Source: a virus
Taxonomy: Duplodnaviria > Heunggongvirae > Uroviricota > Caudoviricetes
IMG/VR virus record: IMGVR_UViG_3300042691_014730
Location: 20,856-84,855 of that record
Length of the DNA: 64,000 nucleotides
Strand: one strand, 5' to 3'
Part shown: in pieces, positions 47,205 through 55,752 of the stretch
How the letters are laid out: each line of letters begins with the position of its first letter
Numbering within the stretch: position 1 is the stretch's first letter
Program-made: the position numbers and the translations under genes
Notes under the pieces: generated by a model
What the model was told of the DNA's origin: nothing
The model's database searches: none
The model's input: only the letters and a program-made list of their open reading frames with translations

Positions 47205-48827
47205 TTATAAACCACATACTCCACCAACACACTCTGTCATATTTTCTTCAAATATAACTCCTTCATTAGCTAGTGCTTCTTCTAGAGAAACTCTAGTTAA
47301 AGGCTGACCTCCTCGGCATCCGTCTGGATAACAAGTAAATCCTCTTAGTCTCTTTGCGTATTTTAAAAGTATCTTTGCTTTTTCTTCTAACGTTGACTCG
47401 TTATTATTTTCAGTTCCCCACGATGGAATATTACATGTTGAACTTATCGCCATGTCAACATAATTCTGTACGTCTGCTTGGAACTTAACTCTTGTTTTAA
47501 AATCTAAATCATATGAATCTTGTATATCTTCAATTTTAACTCCTTGTTCTAGAAGTCTTTTAACTGATCCATCTATAACATATTGTGATAGCCATTTTCC
47601 TTCTTTGAAATATCTTCTTTTGTATGCTTTGCAAAATAAAGGTTCAATACCTGTTGTTGTTTCAGCAATAATGCCAATAGTTCCAGTTGGTGCTATTGCT
47701 CTTACTCCTTTCGGTACAGATACTCCTAATTGTTTAGCACATACAAAAGCTTCTGAATTTGATTCGTCTTCATATACTGAAAGCCATCTATGTAATTCAG
47801 GAGTTACTTCGTATTTCATTCCTCTAGACATTAACCATTCGTGTATTCCACCTAATCCCAATCCAATTCTATTATTACGATTACCAACTTCTTTAATCTG
47901 TGCATTAGGAACATCCGAATAAAGTCCCCCGCATAATAAAAATTTGGTCGCATACTTTGTGACTTTTCTAAGTTCTTTAGTATCTTTTATTCTATTGATC
48001 CAGATAGTTCCCAAATTACATTTATCGCTATCATCTTCACTAACTACTTCAGTACAAGCATTACGTAGTGTTTCGTTGTCTTTTCTAAAGTTAAATGAAA
48101 ATCCGGGTTCAGCAGTACTGAATGCTTGTTTACAATTTAATAAATAAACTTCCCAAGCACGTTGGTGTAGTGGGTGTGATTCGTTTTCAATTGCAATAAA
48201 AAATTCAGTGTCGTAATTTACTGAAATATTTGTTAGTTCCATATCTAACTGGAAATTAAAATCTTTTTCTTTTTGCAATCTTAATTCTTCTGAATGATTT
48301 TTCATTAAAAGAAATTTATCTATGTCTTGATGTTTCCAATTCAATGACGCATAAATAGCAGATCTTCTCTGACCACCCTGCATAATATTTCTTCCTGCTT
48401 CATTTACCATTCTCATTAATGCTAATGGTCCAGTACTGAAACCACCAGTGCGTTTTACTAAAGCACCCTCTGGTCTAAGAGCAGAGTAATCTACTCCTAT
48501 TCCACCACCAGTCATAAGAGCAGATGTTATTTTATACATTAACTCTGCCCATTCTTCCCTACTATCTCCTGCTCTAAATAAAAAACAGTTATTAACTTGG
48601 TGAAAAGGTCTTCCTGCTGAATAAAGGTATCTCCCTCCTGGAATAAATTTTCTTTCATAAATTATTTTAAATATATTTTCTTTATCTTCTGGACTTAGAT
48701 ACTGACCACACACTGACATTGTGACACGTCTTGCTGTCTCTTCCCATGTTTCTTGACCATTTAATGAATATTTTTGTAAGTAAACGTCTTGACTAAACTT
48801 ATTTGAAAATACATCAAACTTTGACAT
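47205..48827 (-). CDS. ribonucleotide reductase, class II-like
   Basis: GGGIGVDYSALRPEG glycine-rich motif, VNNCF active-site cysteine loop, C-terminal cysteine pair CVGGVCGL. Start uncertain (48827 or 48869). Confidence 0.55.
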   Translation of the reverse strand: MSKFDVFSNKFSQDVYLQKYSLNGQETWEETARRVTMSVCGQYLSPEDKENIFKIIYERKFIPGGRYLYSAGRPFHQVNNCFLFRAGDSREEWAELMYKITSALMTGGGIGVDYSALRPEGALVKRTGGFSTGPLALMRMVNEAGRNIMQGGQRRSAIYASLNWKHQDIDKFLLMKNHSEELRLQKEKDFNFQLDMELTNISVNYDTEFFIAIENESHPLHQRAWEVYLLNCKQAFSTAEPGFSFNFRKDNETLRNACTEVVSEDDSDKCNLGTIWINRIKDTKELRKVTKYATKFLLCGGLYSDVPNAQIKEVGNRNNRIGLGLGGIHEWLMSRGMKYEVTPELHRWLSVYEDESNSEAFVCAKQLGVSVPKGVRAIAPTGTIGIIAETTTGIEPLFCKAYKRRYFKEGKWLSQYVIDGSVKRLLEQGVKIEDIQDSYDLDFKTRVKFQADVQNYVDMAISSTCNIPSWGTENNNESTLEEKAKILLKYAKRLRGFTCYPDGCRGGQPLTRVSLEEALANEGVIFEENMTECVGGVCGL

Positions 48828-48894
48828 TGTAAACCTTTTAATTGAAAAAGGGAAGTGAATTCTTCCCATTAAAGAGTTGTTTACTGATTAAACG

Positions 48895-50391
48895 TTAAGC
48901 TGAAATTTTTTGCTCTTTTAATGTTTTTCGTATATTAGACAAAGTATCGTTGAATAAAAAGTTACCATTAATAAAAATAGGTTTCAACAAATCTTCTTTA
49001 GTGTTAGTTAGTGTTGTATCATCTGAGTATTCTAAAATCCCTTGATCATTTTTAAACACTTTTACTTTACCCTTAGCCGAGTTCTTGGTTCCATCATCTG
49101 TTTTAGGTGCTTTAAATATAGCCTTTTCTGTTCCATTAATTGTAACAGATGTTGCCTTCATTGCAAATCCTAATGTATCTCTAGTGATGTATTGATAAGT
49201 ATAAGAACCAATTCCTAGTACAACGTTAGTTGAAGCGAATCCTTTTTGTTTTAATCTTTCACAAATTTCCTTGCATCTAGTAATTGTGATTGAATCTCCG
49301 TAGATAGCTCCTACTTTTGGATTTAGTAGTTTGAATCCTTGCGGCGTTACTGATCCTCCGAATGTTTCGTAAAGTAATTCAATAACACCTTTGCTCTCAG
49401 ATGAACCAGGTTTAGCTTCAGGGTCACCACAAAGAATATTTACTGGATCACCGCTATCTGGTCGGATAACTACTTTATCTAAAGAGCCTTCTCCTCCGTT
49501 ACGAGCAAGGATAGATTCTTTTAATGAAGGAATAATATTTGTCATTACATTCCATAAATCCCATGTATCTGAAACAATAGATACAATTCCTGTTGGATAT
49601 AAGTCTTCAATAAATCTTCTATATGTTTCTCTTTCATCTTCATATCCTCCAGCACACATACAACTGTGTTCTGAAGCGGGAACCGAGCATCCTACTAGTT
49701 CTTTAGTAACGTCTGCGCCATAATACTGTTCAGCGTATGAGATGGCTGGTAATGTGTCAGTTCCTACAAACGAAAGTAAATGACCTACTCCTGATCTAGC
49801 TGAATCTTCTGGACCACTTTGACCTCTCATAGAAAAGTCGTGTCCTTGGAATTCTACTCCTGCTGTAGAGCCTGTTGTTTGTAAAGCATAATCATCTAAT
49901 ATACTTCTGTATGTGTGAGCAATGCTTGCCGTTGTAGAAGGCTTCCATAGTAGGGAAGATAGAATCGTTTCAAGATAATTAGTTACCCAAAAGAATTCAG
50001 GCTTTGTGTTTTCGATAGTCATCATTGGAACACGATATGGTACTAGAGTACCTTCCTTCAGAGACTTAACTTCAATAGGTAGAAATCCCAAATCGTGTAA
50101 ATCTTCAATGTGTTTTGTTTCAACGTTCGGATTAAATAAATAAGCACTTACTTGTCTTTTGTACTCAATAATTACTTCTTCTTTTGAACGATTGAAGAAC
50201 TGTTTATTAAACAAATCATTAACTTCTTTTAATGCCCCTTGAATACCAAAACAAACTACGTTCTTAATTTCTGGAGCATGCTTTCCAGATCGAGGAATCC
50301 ATGTACTGTAAACGTTTGTAGTGCCTTTTGGGTACTGAATTCTGTGACTAAGTTTATATCCATCAGCTGCTAATGTTGCAATTAAATTCAT
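48895..50391 (-). CDS. nadV: nicotinamide phosphoribosyltransferase (NadV-type NAMPT)
   Basis: N-terminal LAADGYKLSHRIQYP resembles the NAMPT DSYKxxH signature. About 500 aa. Own consensus promoter. Confidence 0.65.
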   Translation of the reverse strand: MNLIATLAADGYKLSHRIQYPKGTTNVYSTWIPRSGKHAPEIKNVVCFGIQGALKEVNDLFNKQFFNRSKEEVIIEYKRQVSAYLFNPNVETKHIEDLHDLGFLPIEVKSLKEGTLVPYRVPMMTIENTKPEFFWVTNYLETILSSLLWKPSTTASIAHTYRSILDDYALQTTGSTAGVEFQGHDFSMRGQSGPEDSARSGVGHLLSFVGTDTLPAISYAEQYYGADVTKELVGCSVPASEHSCMCAGGYEDERETYRRFIEDLYPTGIVSIVSDTWDLWNVMTNIIPSLKESILARNGGEGSLDKVVIRPDSGDPVNILCGDPEAKPGSSESKGVIELLYETFGGSVTPQGFKLLNPKVGAIYGDSITITRCKEICERLKQKGFASTNVVLGIGSYTYQYITRDTLGFAMKATSVTINGTEKAIFKAPKTDDGTKNSAKGKVKVFKNDQGILEYSDDTTLTNTKEDLLKPIFINGNFLFNDTLSNIRKTLKEQKISA

Positions 50392-50417
50392 ATTTATATT
50401 CCCTTTGTTTTATAATT

Positions 50418-50446
50418 ACTATATCATACTTTTGTCATTTAGTCAA
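50418..50446 (-). promoter_or_regulatory. sigma70-like promoter TTGACT-N17-TATAGT
   Basis: + strand reads actatatcatacttttgtcatttagtcaa; the reverse complement gives the -35 and -10. Confidence 0.6.
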
Positions 50447-50638
50447 GTCTTTTCCGAAGATTTTTTTGTTCATTTTTTGTATAAATGGAATACCGAAAGC
50501 AACGATAGCACATAGTACATGTATTGTAATAGCTAATGTTCTAAAATCATTTTGGCTGATAGGTGCAAATATTAATAAACACCCAAAGAAAAATACACTA
50601 GATGCTATTGTAATTCCTAGTTTTAAATCACTTAACAT
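50435..50638 (-). CDS. small two-TM membrane protein
   Basis: 67 aa. Confidence 0.35.
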   Translation of the reverse strand: MLSDLKLGITIASSVFFFGCLLIFAPISQNDFRTLAITIHVLCAIVAFGIPFIQKMNKKIFGKDLTK

Positions 50639-50868
50639 TTAAACTCCTTAGTAATAGTTTTCCTAAGTGTAATATTACAGCCAATAAAGTAAGTCCTCCT
50701 AGAATTGGAAGTTCATTTGAACGATGACTAAATAGGTATGGTAGTAAAAAACCAAAGTAAACAATTGCTGAAGCAATGATAATAAATAACTTAATAATAA
50801 CTCCTTTGTTAATAACGGCGACAGCTCGCCACTCTCACCACTTAAGCGGGGGTGACCCTGCACAGTAC

Positions 50869-51723
50869 TTATTTAATATTAATAAACGGAATAGCGTTGC
50901 TTCCTGTCATGGTCGGTAACTTACCATCCCATCTTTGGATGGCTTCATATTGAATAAGTTCAGATGTTAATGTTTTTAACTTTAAAGCGTTTGATTTAGA
51001 CTCAGCTTCAGCAATAGCGATCATTGATTTAGCTCTACCTTCTGCTTCAGCGATTTGTTTCTTAGCTTCTGCCTCTGCTTCTCTTAACTCATTCTCTCTT
51101 TGTTGAGCACGTTGTGTAGCTTCGATCTTAGAGTTCAACGCATTAACTACGTTGCTAGGTAATCGAATAGAACCGATTAAATAAACCTTTTCAATTAAGA
51201 TTCCGTTACTCTTTAAGTTAGTTCTTACAATCTCTTCTACCTTAGAAAATAACTCTGCTTTACCTGATCCATATACTGATTCAACATTCATCGTAGAAGC
51301 TACAGTATTTAGAGCGTCTCTAATAGCATTCTTTACTACAATAGATTTAATCTCATCAATGCCCTTTCTATACTTTTGAAATAACTTACTAATTTTTTCA
51401 GCGTCAACACTAAAAGTTACACCAACGTCAATGTTACAAGAAAGACCTTCTTGTGTTTGAAATGTAAAAGATTCATCTGTTTCCGAATCCTCTTGTTCAT
51501 CAGCTGTATATACTTTTGTTTGTTGAAAAGTAGGGAAGATGTATAGTTCTTCATTAATACCAATGAAGTATCTACCTACTCCAAGTACTTCGTGATCTAC
51601 CCCTTTGTCTTTTCCTAGTAAATAAATCTTGACTCCGACGTTTCCTGCTGGAACTTTAGAACATGATGTTGTTAGTGTTACTCCTAACAGAATAACAAAA
51701 GCTAACGTAATAAATCTAATCAT
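50869..51723 (-). CDS. SPFH (band 7 / stomatin-prohibitin-like) lipoprotein
   Basis: Lipobox LTTSCSK. Ala/Glu-rich EAEAEAKKQIAEAEGRAKS...IQRWDGKLP segment typical of SPFH or HflK/C. Confidence 0.6.
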   Translation of the reverse strand: MIRFITLAFVILLGVTLTTSCSKVPAGNVGVKIYLLGKDKGVDHEVLGVGRYFIGINEELYIFPTFQQTKVYTADEQEDSETDESFTFQTQEGLSCNIDVGVTFSVDAEKISKLFQKYRKGIDEIKSIVVKNAIRDALNTVASTMNVESVYGSGKAELFSKVEEIVRTNLKSNGILIEKVYLIGSIRLPSNVVNALNSKIEATQRAQQRENELREAEAEAKKQIAEAEGRAKSMIAIAEAESKSNALKLKTLTSELIQYEAIQRWDGKLPTMTGSNAIPFINIK

Positions 51724-52477
51724 TAATTTCTCCTTTATAAGTAAAGATTCGGTTAATACCTGAATCTCTTAATGTTTGAATACCTTTAGTAAATAATCCA
51801 TGTGATACATACAAATCAACATTCGATACTTTGTGTTTATTTAATAATTGTTCAGCGACTAATTTAAATGTTCCTCCTCCATCACATAAGTCGTCAACAA
51901 TTAAACATCTCTTATTTGTTAAATCTTCTTTGGATAATAAATCCATTCCAATAATGTTACCAGTTAATTGATCTCTTGTTTTTTCGAAATAGACTTTAGT
52001 ATGGTTTGGTAAATAGTATCTTAAACTTGCTCCTTTGTCTGGGTATACTATAATATCTGCATCTGTTTTAATGAACGTGTGTTTTATTATTTCGTTAGGC
52101 AATACATTCACAAACCTTTTTATACCGTGGTTATTTGAATGTACATCTACACTCGATACTTTATTAAAGTTAAAAGAATTAATTATGTTAGAGAAAGCTT
52201 GAAGACCAAACGTTGTATTATTACTAACCTCTTTATCTTGTCTGGCATAAGGTAAATAAGGAATAAACAGTTCACCTCGTTTTTCTTCAATACTACCGAT
52301 CAATAATCGTAACTGACAAACGTTTATTAATTCCGCTTCGTTTTCAAACTGCCATCTTATTTCGTTATAATATGAGTTTCTGATTTTAGAATAGACTTCA
52401 TCTGGAAGTTTCCATACTTGACTACATTTATCTGGGAACATAGTTGGTTTGACTAGGTATCCATTAATATATATCAT
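51716..52477 (-). CDS. phosphoribosyltransferase-domain protein, probably PRPP synthetase-like
   Basis: PRPP-binding loop CLIVDDLCDGGGTF. Directly upstream of SPFH and two genes from NAMPT. Exact family uncertain. Confidence 0.45.
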   Translation of the reverse strand: MIYINGYLVKPTMFPDKCSQVWKLPDEVYSKIRNSYYNEIRWQFENEAELINVCQLRLLIGSIEEKRGELFIPYLPYARQDKEVSNNTTFGLQAFSNIINSFNFNKVSSVDVHSNNHGIKRFVNVLPNEIIKHTFIKTDADIIVYPDKGASLRYYLPNHTKVYFEKTRDQLTGNIIGMDLLSKEDLTNKRCLIVDDLCDGGGTFKLVAEQLLNKHKVSNVDLYVSHGLFTKGIQTLRDSGINRIFTYKGEIND

Positions 52478-52478
52478 A

Positions 52479-52721
52479 TTATTCTCCGTATGTTACTTCA
52501 TCAATAACTTCCTCGATAGCAGATGTTTCAGCCGTAGTTGGTTCTCCACTATAAAATTTTTTAAGCTCCTCTAATGAATCAAGTAAAGCTGGGATAGGTA
52601 CAGCAAACTTATGTCCTTCATGTTCTAATATAACTCCGTCCTTATTTCCTTTTAATATTCGAACCGATGCCTCGATTCCTTTTTCACTTGTTTGAATGTA
52701 TATAACTAATTCTTTTCTCAT
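52479..52721 (-). CDS. hypothetical protein
   Basis: 80 aa. Confidence 0.3.
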   Translation of the reverse strand: MRKELVIYIQTSEKGIEASVRILKGNKDGVILEHEGHKFAVPIPALLDSLEELKKFYSGEPTTAETSAIEEVIDEVTYGE

Positions 52722-52722
52722 A

Positions 52723-53094
52723 CTAACTCCTTTCGAGTATTCGAGTTTTGTTTATATTAATAGCGTCTTCAGTAGGTTTATAATCATTATTGAATTCCAT
52801 GGGGAATTGACAGAAGATACTACTATCTCTAAAGCTAGGATTATATCCTCTTCTTAACATTTCAGAAACTAATTGTTCGTATCTGTTTTTTAGATAAATC
52901 ATTTTATCATAAAAGAATTTTACATGTCCTTTACCTAGAGTGTACTCATTGGGTATTTCAGTTAAACTAAAAGGAGATGTTAATCTATTCAATGACTTCT
53001 TAAGATTATTTGGAAGTCTAGTTATTTCTCTATACTCAGCTATAAGGTGTTTAGTACTAAGAGTTTCGACTGGAACAACGTTTATTCTAGTCAT
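52723..53094 (-). CDS. denV: pyrimidine dimer DNA glycosylase / AP lyase (T4 endonuclease V-like)
   Basis: MTRINVVPVETLSTKHLIAEYREI and GKGHVKFFYDKMIYLKNRYEQLVSEMLRRGYNP closely match T4 DenV [24 protein letters not shown] and [33 protein letters not shown]. Start set at MTRIN (53094), because the tabled start lies in the promoter -35. Confidence 0.75.
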   Translation of the reverse strand: MTRINVVPVETLSTKHLIAEYREITRLPNNLKKSLNRLTSPFSLTEIPNEYTLGKGHVKFFYDKMIYLKNRYEQLVSEMLRRGYNPSFRDSSIFCQFPMEFNNDYKPTEDAININKTRILERS

Positions 53095-53104
53095 AGACCT
53101 CCTT

Positions 53105-53133
53105 ATTATATCATATATTTTATAATTTGTCAA
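53105..53133 (-). promoter_or_regulatory. perfect sigma70 consensus promoter TTGACA-N17-TATAAT
   Basis: Reverse complement reads gcTTGACAaattataaaatatatgaTATAATaaggaggtctATG. The -10 sits only about 11 nt from the denV ATG. Confidence 0.65.
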
Positions 53134-53204
53134 GCACTATTTTATATCTAAATCCTTGGTTAAGTAAACAAATCCTAAATAACATACTGCCATAACTATA
53201 AATA

Positions 53205-53510
53205 CTAAGGGCATATCTCACCTACTTTGTTTAAGTCTGCTGAATAAAATTTAAGTTCTACTGGAATACTACCCAATGTTTCTAAGCTGTACACTTTAAT
53301 TCCAATATCCATATAGCTATCCTCTATTGATGATATAACACCGATATAACTTAATAGATCTTTATTTATTAATCGTTTTTTAATATAATAGTTTGATATA
53401 TATCGATTGTTATATGCATCGTATGCAGTGTCGTCAATTACTTGTACAATGTCTCCTACTTTAAACATATCCCTCCTTATCTGTTTCTTTCTTACAGCTT
53501 CTACACACAT
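53205..53510 (-). CDS. hypothetical protein
   Basis: 101 aa. Confidence 0.3.
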   Translation of the reverse strand: MCVEAVRKKQIRRDMFKVGDIVQVIDDTAYDAYNNRYISNYYIKKRLINKDLLSYIGVISSIEDSYMDIGIKVYSLETLGSIPVELKFYSADLNKVGEICP

Positions 53511-53862
53511 AGAATGATTTACCGTATGCTGTATTCATAACAATATTTTTATTATTACAACATTGTTTCTTAGAGTTATGTATGTTGTTTATATTTGAAG
53601 TATAGTCAAAGTCTACTAAAGGAAATTCTCCATTAATAAATCCATACAGTTCATCTTTAATTTCAATACAGTCATCGAACATAACGTCAAATGTGTTACC
53701 ATCAAACGGATCGGTAACAGTGAAGTGATGCCAAGGATAAAAATATTCTTTTGCTTCTAATTCATAGAAGTTATTGTTTAACCATTTATTGATTTTAGTA
53801 ATGTCCATTCCTACATTATGTGAATTAGCTGAGGAAATTATTTTGATTTTCTTATAACTCAT
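53461..53862 (-). CDS. Cys-rich protein (zinc ribbon)
   Basis: C-terminal KKQCCNN...CRSCKK. Confidence 0.35.
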   Translation of the reverse strand: MSYKKIKIISSANSHNVGMDITKINKWLNNNFYELEAKEYFYPWHHFTVTDPFDGNTFDVMFDDCIEIKDELYGFINGEFPLVDFDYTSNINNIHNSKKQCCNNKNIVMNTAYGKSFYVCRSCKKETDKEGYV

Positions 53863-53864
53863 AA

Positions 53865-54440
53865 TTATCTCCTTAGTTGATATTCAAATCTTAGTTTATG
53901 TTTCTGTTTAATTACTTTAGCTTTACCTTCTTTTATAAGTTCTTGAAACTTAATTGCAGCTTTAGTATATTCTCCGTTCAGTTTAGCATATAGTTGTCTT
54001 ATGTGTACTTTCTTTCCATCGTCCAACAATAGTACTCTAGGATTAGGAGTTTTTTCTGCTCCAGTAAATACGAAGTTACTGGCTTTATATATTGTTCCAT
54101 TGTGTCCGACATTAGGATCGGTGTACGATAATACATACGGAGGAGTATCTAGTTCTTTAAGAAGTCTTAATGTCTTCCCTAAGAAGAAAGACTCTGTATT
54201 CTTTTGTGTATTATCTATTAAACAGAAGCGTCTTAATTCTATATACTTATCATTATCAACATTAGTACCCATTGGTTGTCCGTATATTGCAACACCGACT
54301 AGAGTGTTATCGTGTGTTCTTAACGTAAAGACGTGCTTTTGTTTTAGCGATCTATATGATTTAGAATAGTGCCATTGAACAATGAAGTCCATGATCTCCA
54401 CACTTAAAGCTTCCTCTTCAACTTTATATATATCTTTCAT
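53865..54440 (-). CDS. hypothetical protein
   Basis: 191 aa. Confidence 0.35.
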   Translation of the reverse strand: MKDIYKVEEEALSVEIMDFIVQWHYSKSYRSLKQKHVFTLRTHDNTLVGVAIYGQPMGTNVDNDKYIELRRFCLIDNTQKNTESFFLGKTLRLLKELDTPPYVLSYTDPNVGHNGTIYKASNFVFTGAEKTPNPRVLLLDDGKKVHIRQLYAKLNGEYTKAAIKFQELIKEGKAKVIKQKHKLRFEYQLRR

Positions 54441-54642
54441 CTACTATTCTCCATTTCTTTAATTGTTCTTTTATACTTAACAATTTAGTAAATTCAAATC
54501 CTCCGTCACACATTAGTTTATTATTTTCTATATATAGATAATCATGTTTTAACCAGTCAGAAGCTTGTACTTTGTGTCCTTGTTCCATCTTTTCTAAAGC
54601 TTCAATGAATGTCATCCACTTTATTTTTTTATTATTTTTCAT
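54424..54642 (-). CDS. hypothetical protein
   Basis: 72 aa. Confidence 0.3.
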   Translation of the reverse strand: MKNNKKIKWMTFIEALEKMEQGHKVQASDWLKHDYLYIENNKLMCDGGFEFTKLLSIKEQLKKWRIVDERYI

Positions 54643-54875
54643 GTAACCTCACCTATTTTAATAAAAGTATTTTCACAATTGAAGTTAAATTTGAAAGAAT
54701 TTTCATCCCAATCATTACGTGAACTCCGACAGCATAAATATTTTACTTCAACAATATTATTTTCATAAATGTTTTCTATGTAAACAAGTCTTGTTTGTTT
54801 AAAAATACCATCAAGGTTAACCCACATATATAATCCACCAACAGATAAGTCGTTAATATCTTTGACATATTGCAT
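54639..54875 (-). CDS. small paralog-family protein (member 1)
   Basis: Shares hVGxhYhh N-terminal and hKIGEV C-terminal motifs with the 55256-55990 genes. Confidence 0.35.
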   Translation of the reverse strand: MQYVKDINDLSVGGLYMWVNLDGIFKQTRLVYIENIYENNIVEVKYLCCRSSRNDWDENSFKFNFNCENTFIKIGEVT

Positions 54876-54984
54876 TTTGTCCTCACTTTTTACTTGACAA
54901 AAGTTTAATTGTGTGTTACAACTATTATGCGACGTTCGAAAGAACCATAAAGTTCAGTCGCAAAGTTATTATGAAACGTTTGAT

Positions 54985-55254
54985 TTAAGGGATAGTGTGT
55001 TTGAAGTTATCTACGAACTTAACACCTAATGACTCTAAGTATTGTCTGATCTCTTCTTTGGCTTTCTTTAAAGATTTATAAGATGTCTTATGAATGTTGA
55101 TGAACGAGTCAACATTGATGACTTCTCTAATTGCGTAAGTTCTATTTTGTAGGTTAATACATATGTAGTATATCGTTCCATTAACCATAAAGTCTTGACT
55201 AAAAAGGAACGTAGATTGTTTCTTATATACTATTTTAGTTGGAGATGGATTCAT
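54985..55254 (-). CDS. hypothetical small protein
   Basis: 89 aa. Confidence 0.3.
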   Translation of the reverse strand: MNPSPTKIVYKKQSTFLFSQDFMVNGTIYYICINLQNRTYAIREVINVDSFINIHKTSYKSLKKAKEEIRQYLESLGVKFVDNFKHTIP

Positions 55255-55255
55255 T

Positions 55256-55510
55256 TTAAAACTCCAATGAATAAATATGATCTTCTAAAGAAAGATGTTG
55301 GTCATTTATAACTTGACTTGTTGTAATAAACGAGTGCTTTCCATCAATTGAATCTAAAGCTAATAGATAATTATCACTATCTAAAGAAGAAGGAGTTCCT
55401 CCTCTATATATACAAAGAGTAATATCTATCATAAAATCCTTTTGCACGTCTTTAGCATATAAATACAATTGACCTTCCTTTAATTCAAAAGGGTATGTTA
55501 TTCTTTTCAT
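55256..55510 (-). CDS. small paralog-family protein (member 2)
   Basis: LKEGQLYLY motif. Confidence 0.35.
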   Translation of the reverse strand: MKRITYPFELKEGQLYLYAKDVQKDFMIDITLCIYRGGTPSSLDSDNYLLALDSIDGKHSFITTSQVINDQHLSLEDHIYSLEF

Positions 55511-55752
55511 ATAACTTCTCCTATTAGATAAAGTTCATCTTTTGTAGAATCTTTGTATTCTTCATTTAAGAAAGAAGAACAAGTACTATCTAATGATCTA
55601 GTGTCCAGTCTTCTTAGTTGAACTGTATCAATTAATATCTTTTCTACTTGAACAAGTAAAACGTTTAATAACTTTTCAGAATGACAGTTACGTAGAAATA
55701 AGTATACACTTCCTACTTTAAGCTTATTAACTTCTGTTATTTTATTCATCAA
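55507..55752 (-). CDS. small paralog-family protein (member 3)
   Basis: LKVGSVYLF ... LYLIGEVI. Confidence 0.35.
   Translation of the reverse strand: MMNKITEVNKLKVGSVYLFLRNCHSEKLLNVLLVQVEKILIDTVQLRRLDTRSLDSTCSSFLNEEYKDSTKDELYLIGEVI

Noticed and set aside
50640-50812. Long strongly hydrophobic - strand frame (IIKLFIIIASAIVYFGFLLPYLF...LLAVILHLGKLLLRSLNVK) downstream of an AAGGAG, between the SPFH and the small membrane-protein gene
   Set aside because: No ATG, GTG or TTG start codon in frame after the upstream stop (only ATT). AT-rich codons readily give Ile/Leu/Phe-rich spurious frames. Kept only as a remote possibility of a non-canonical start.
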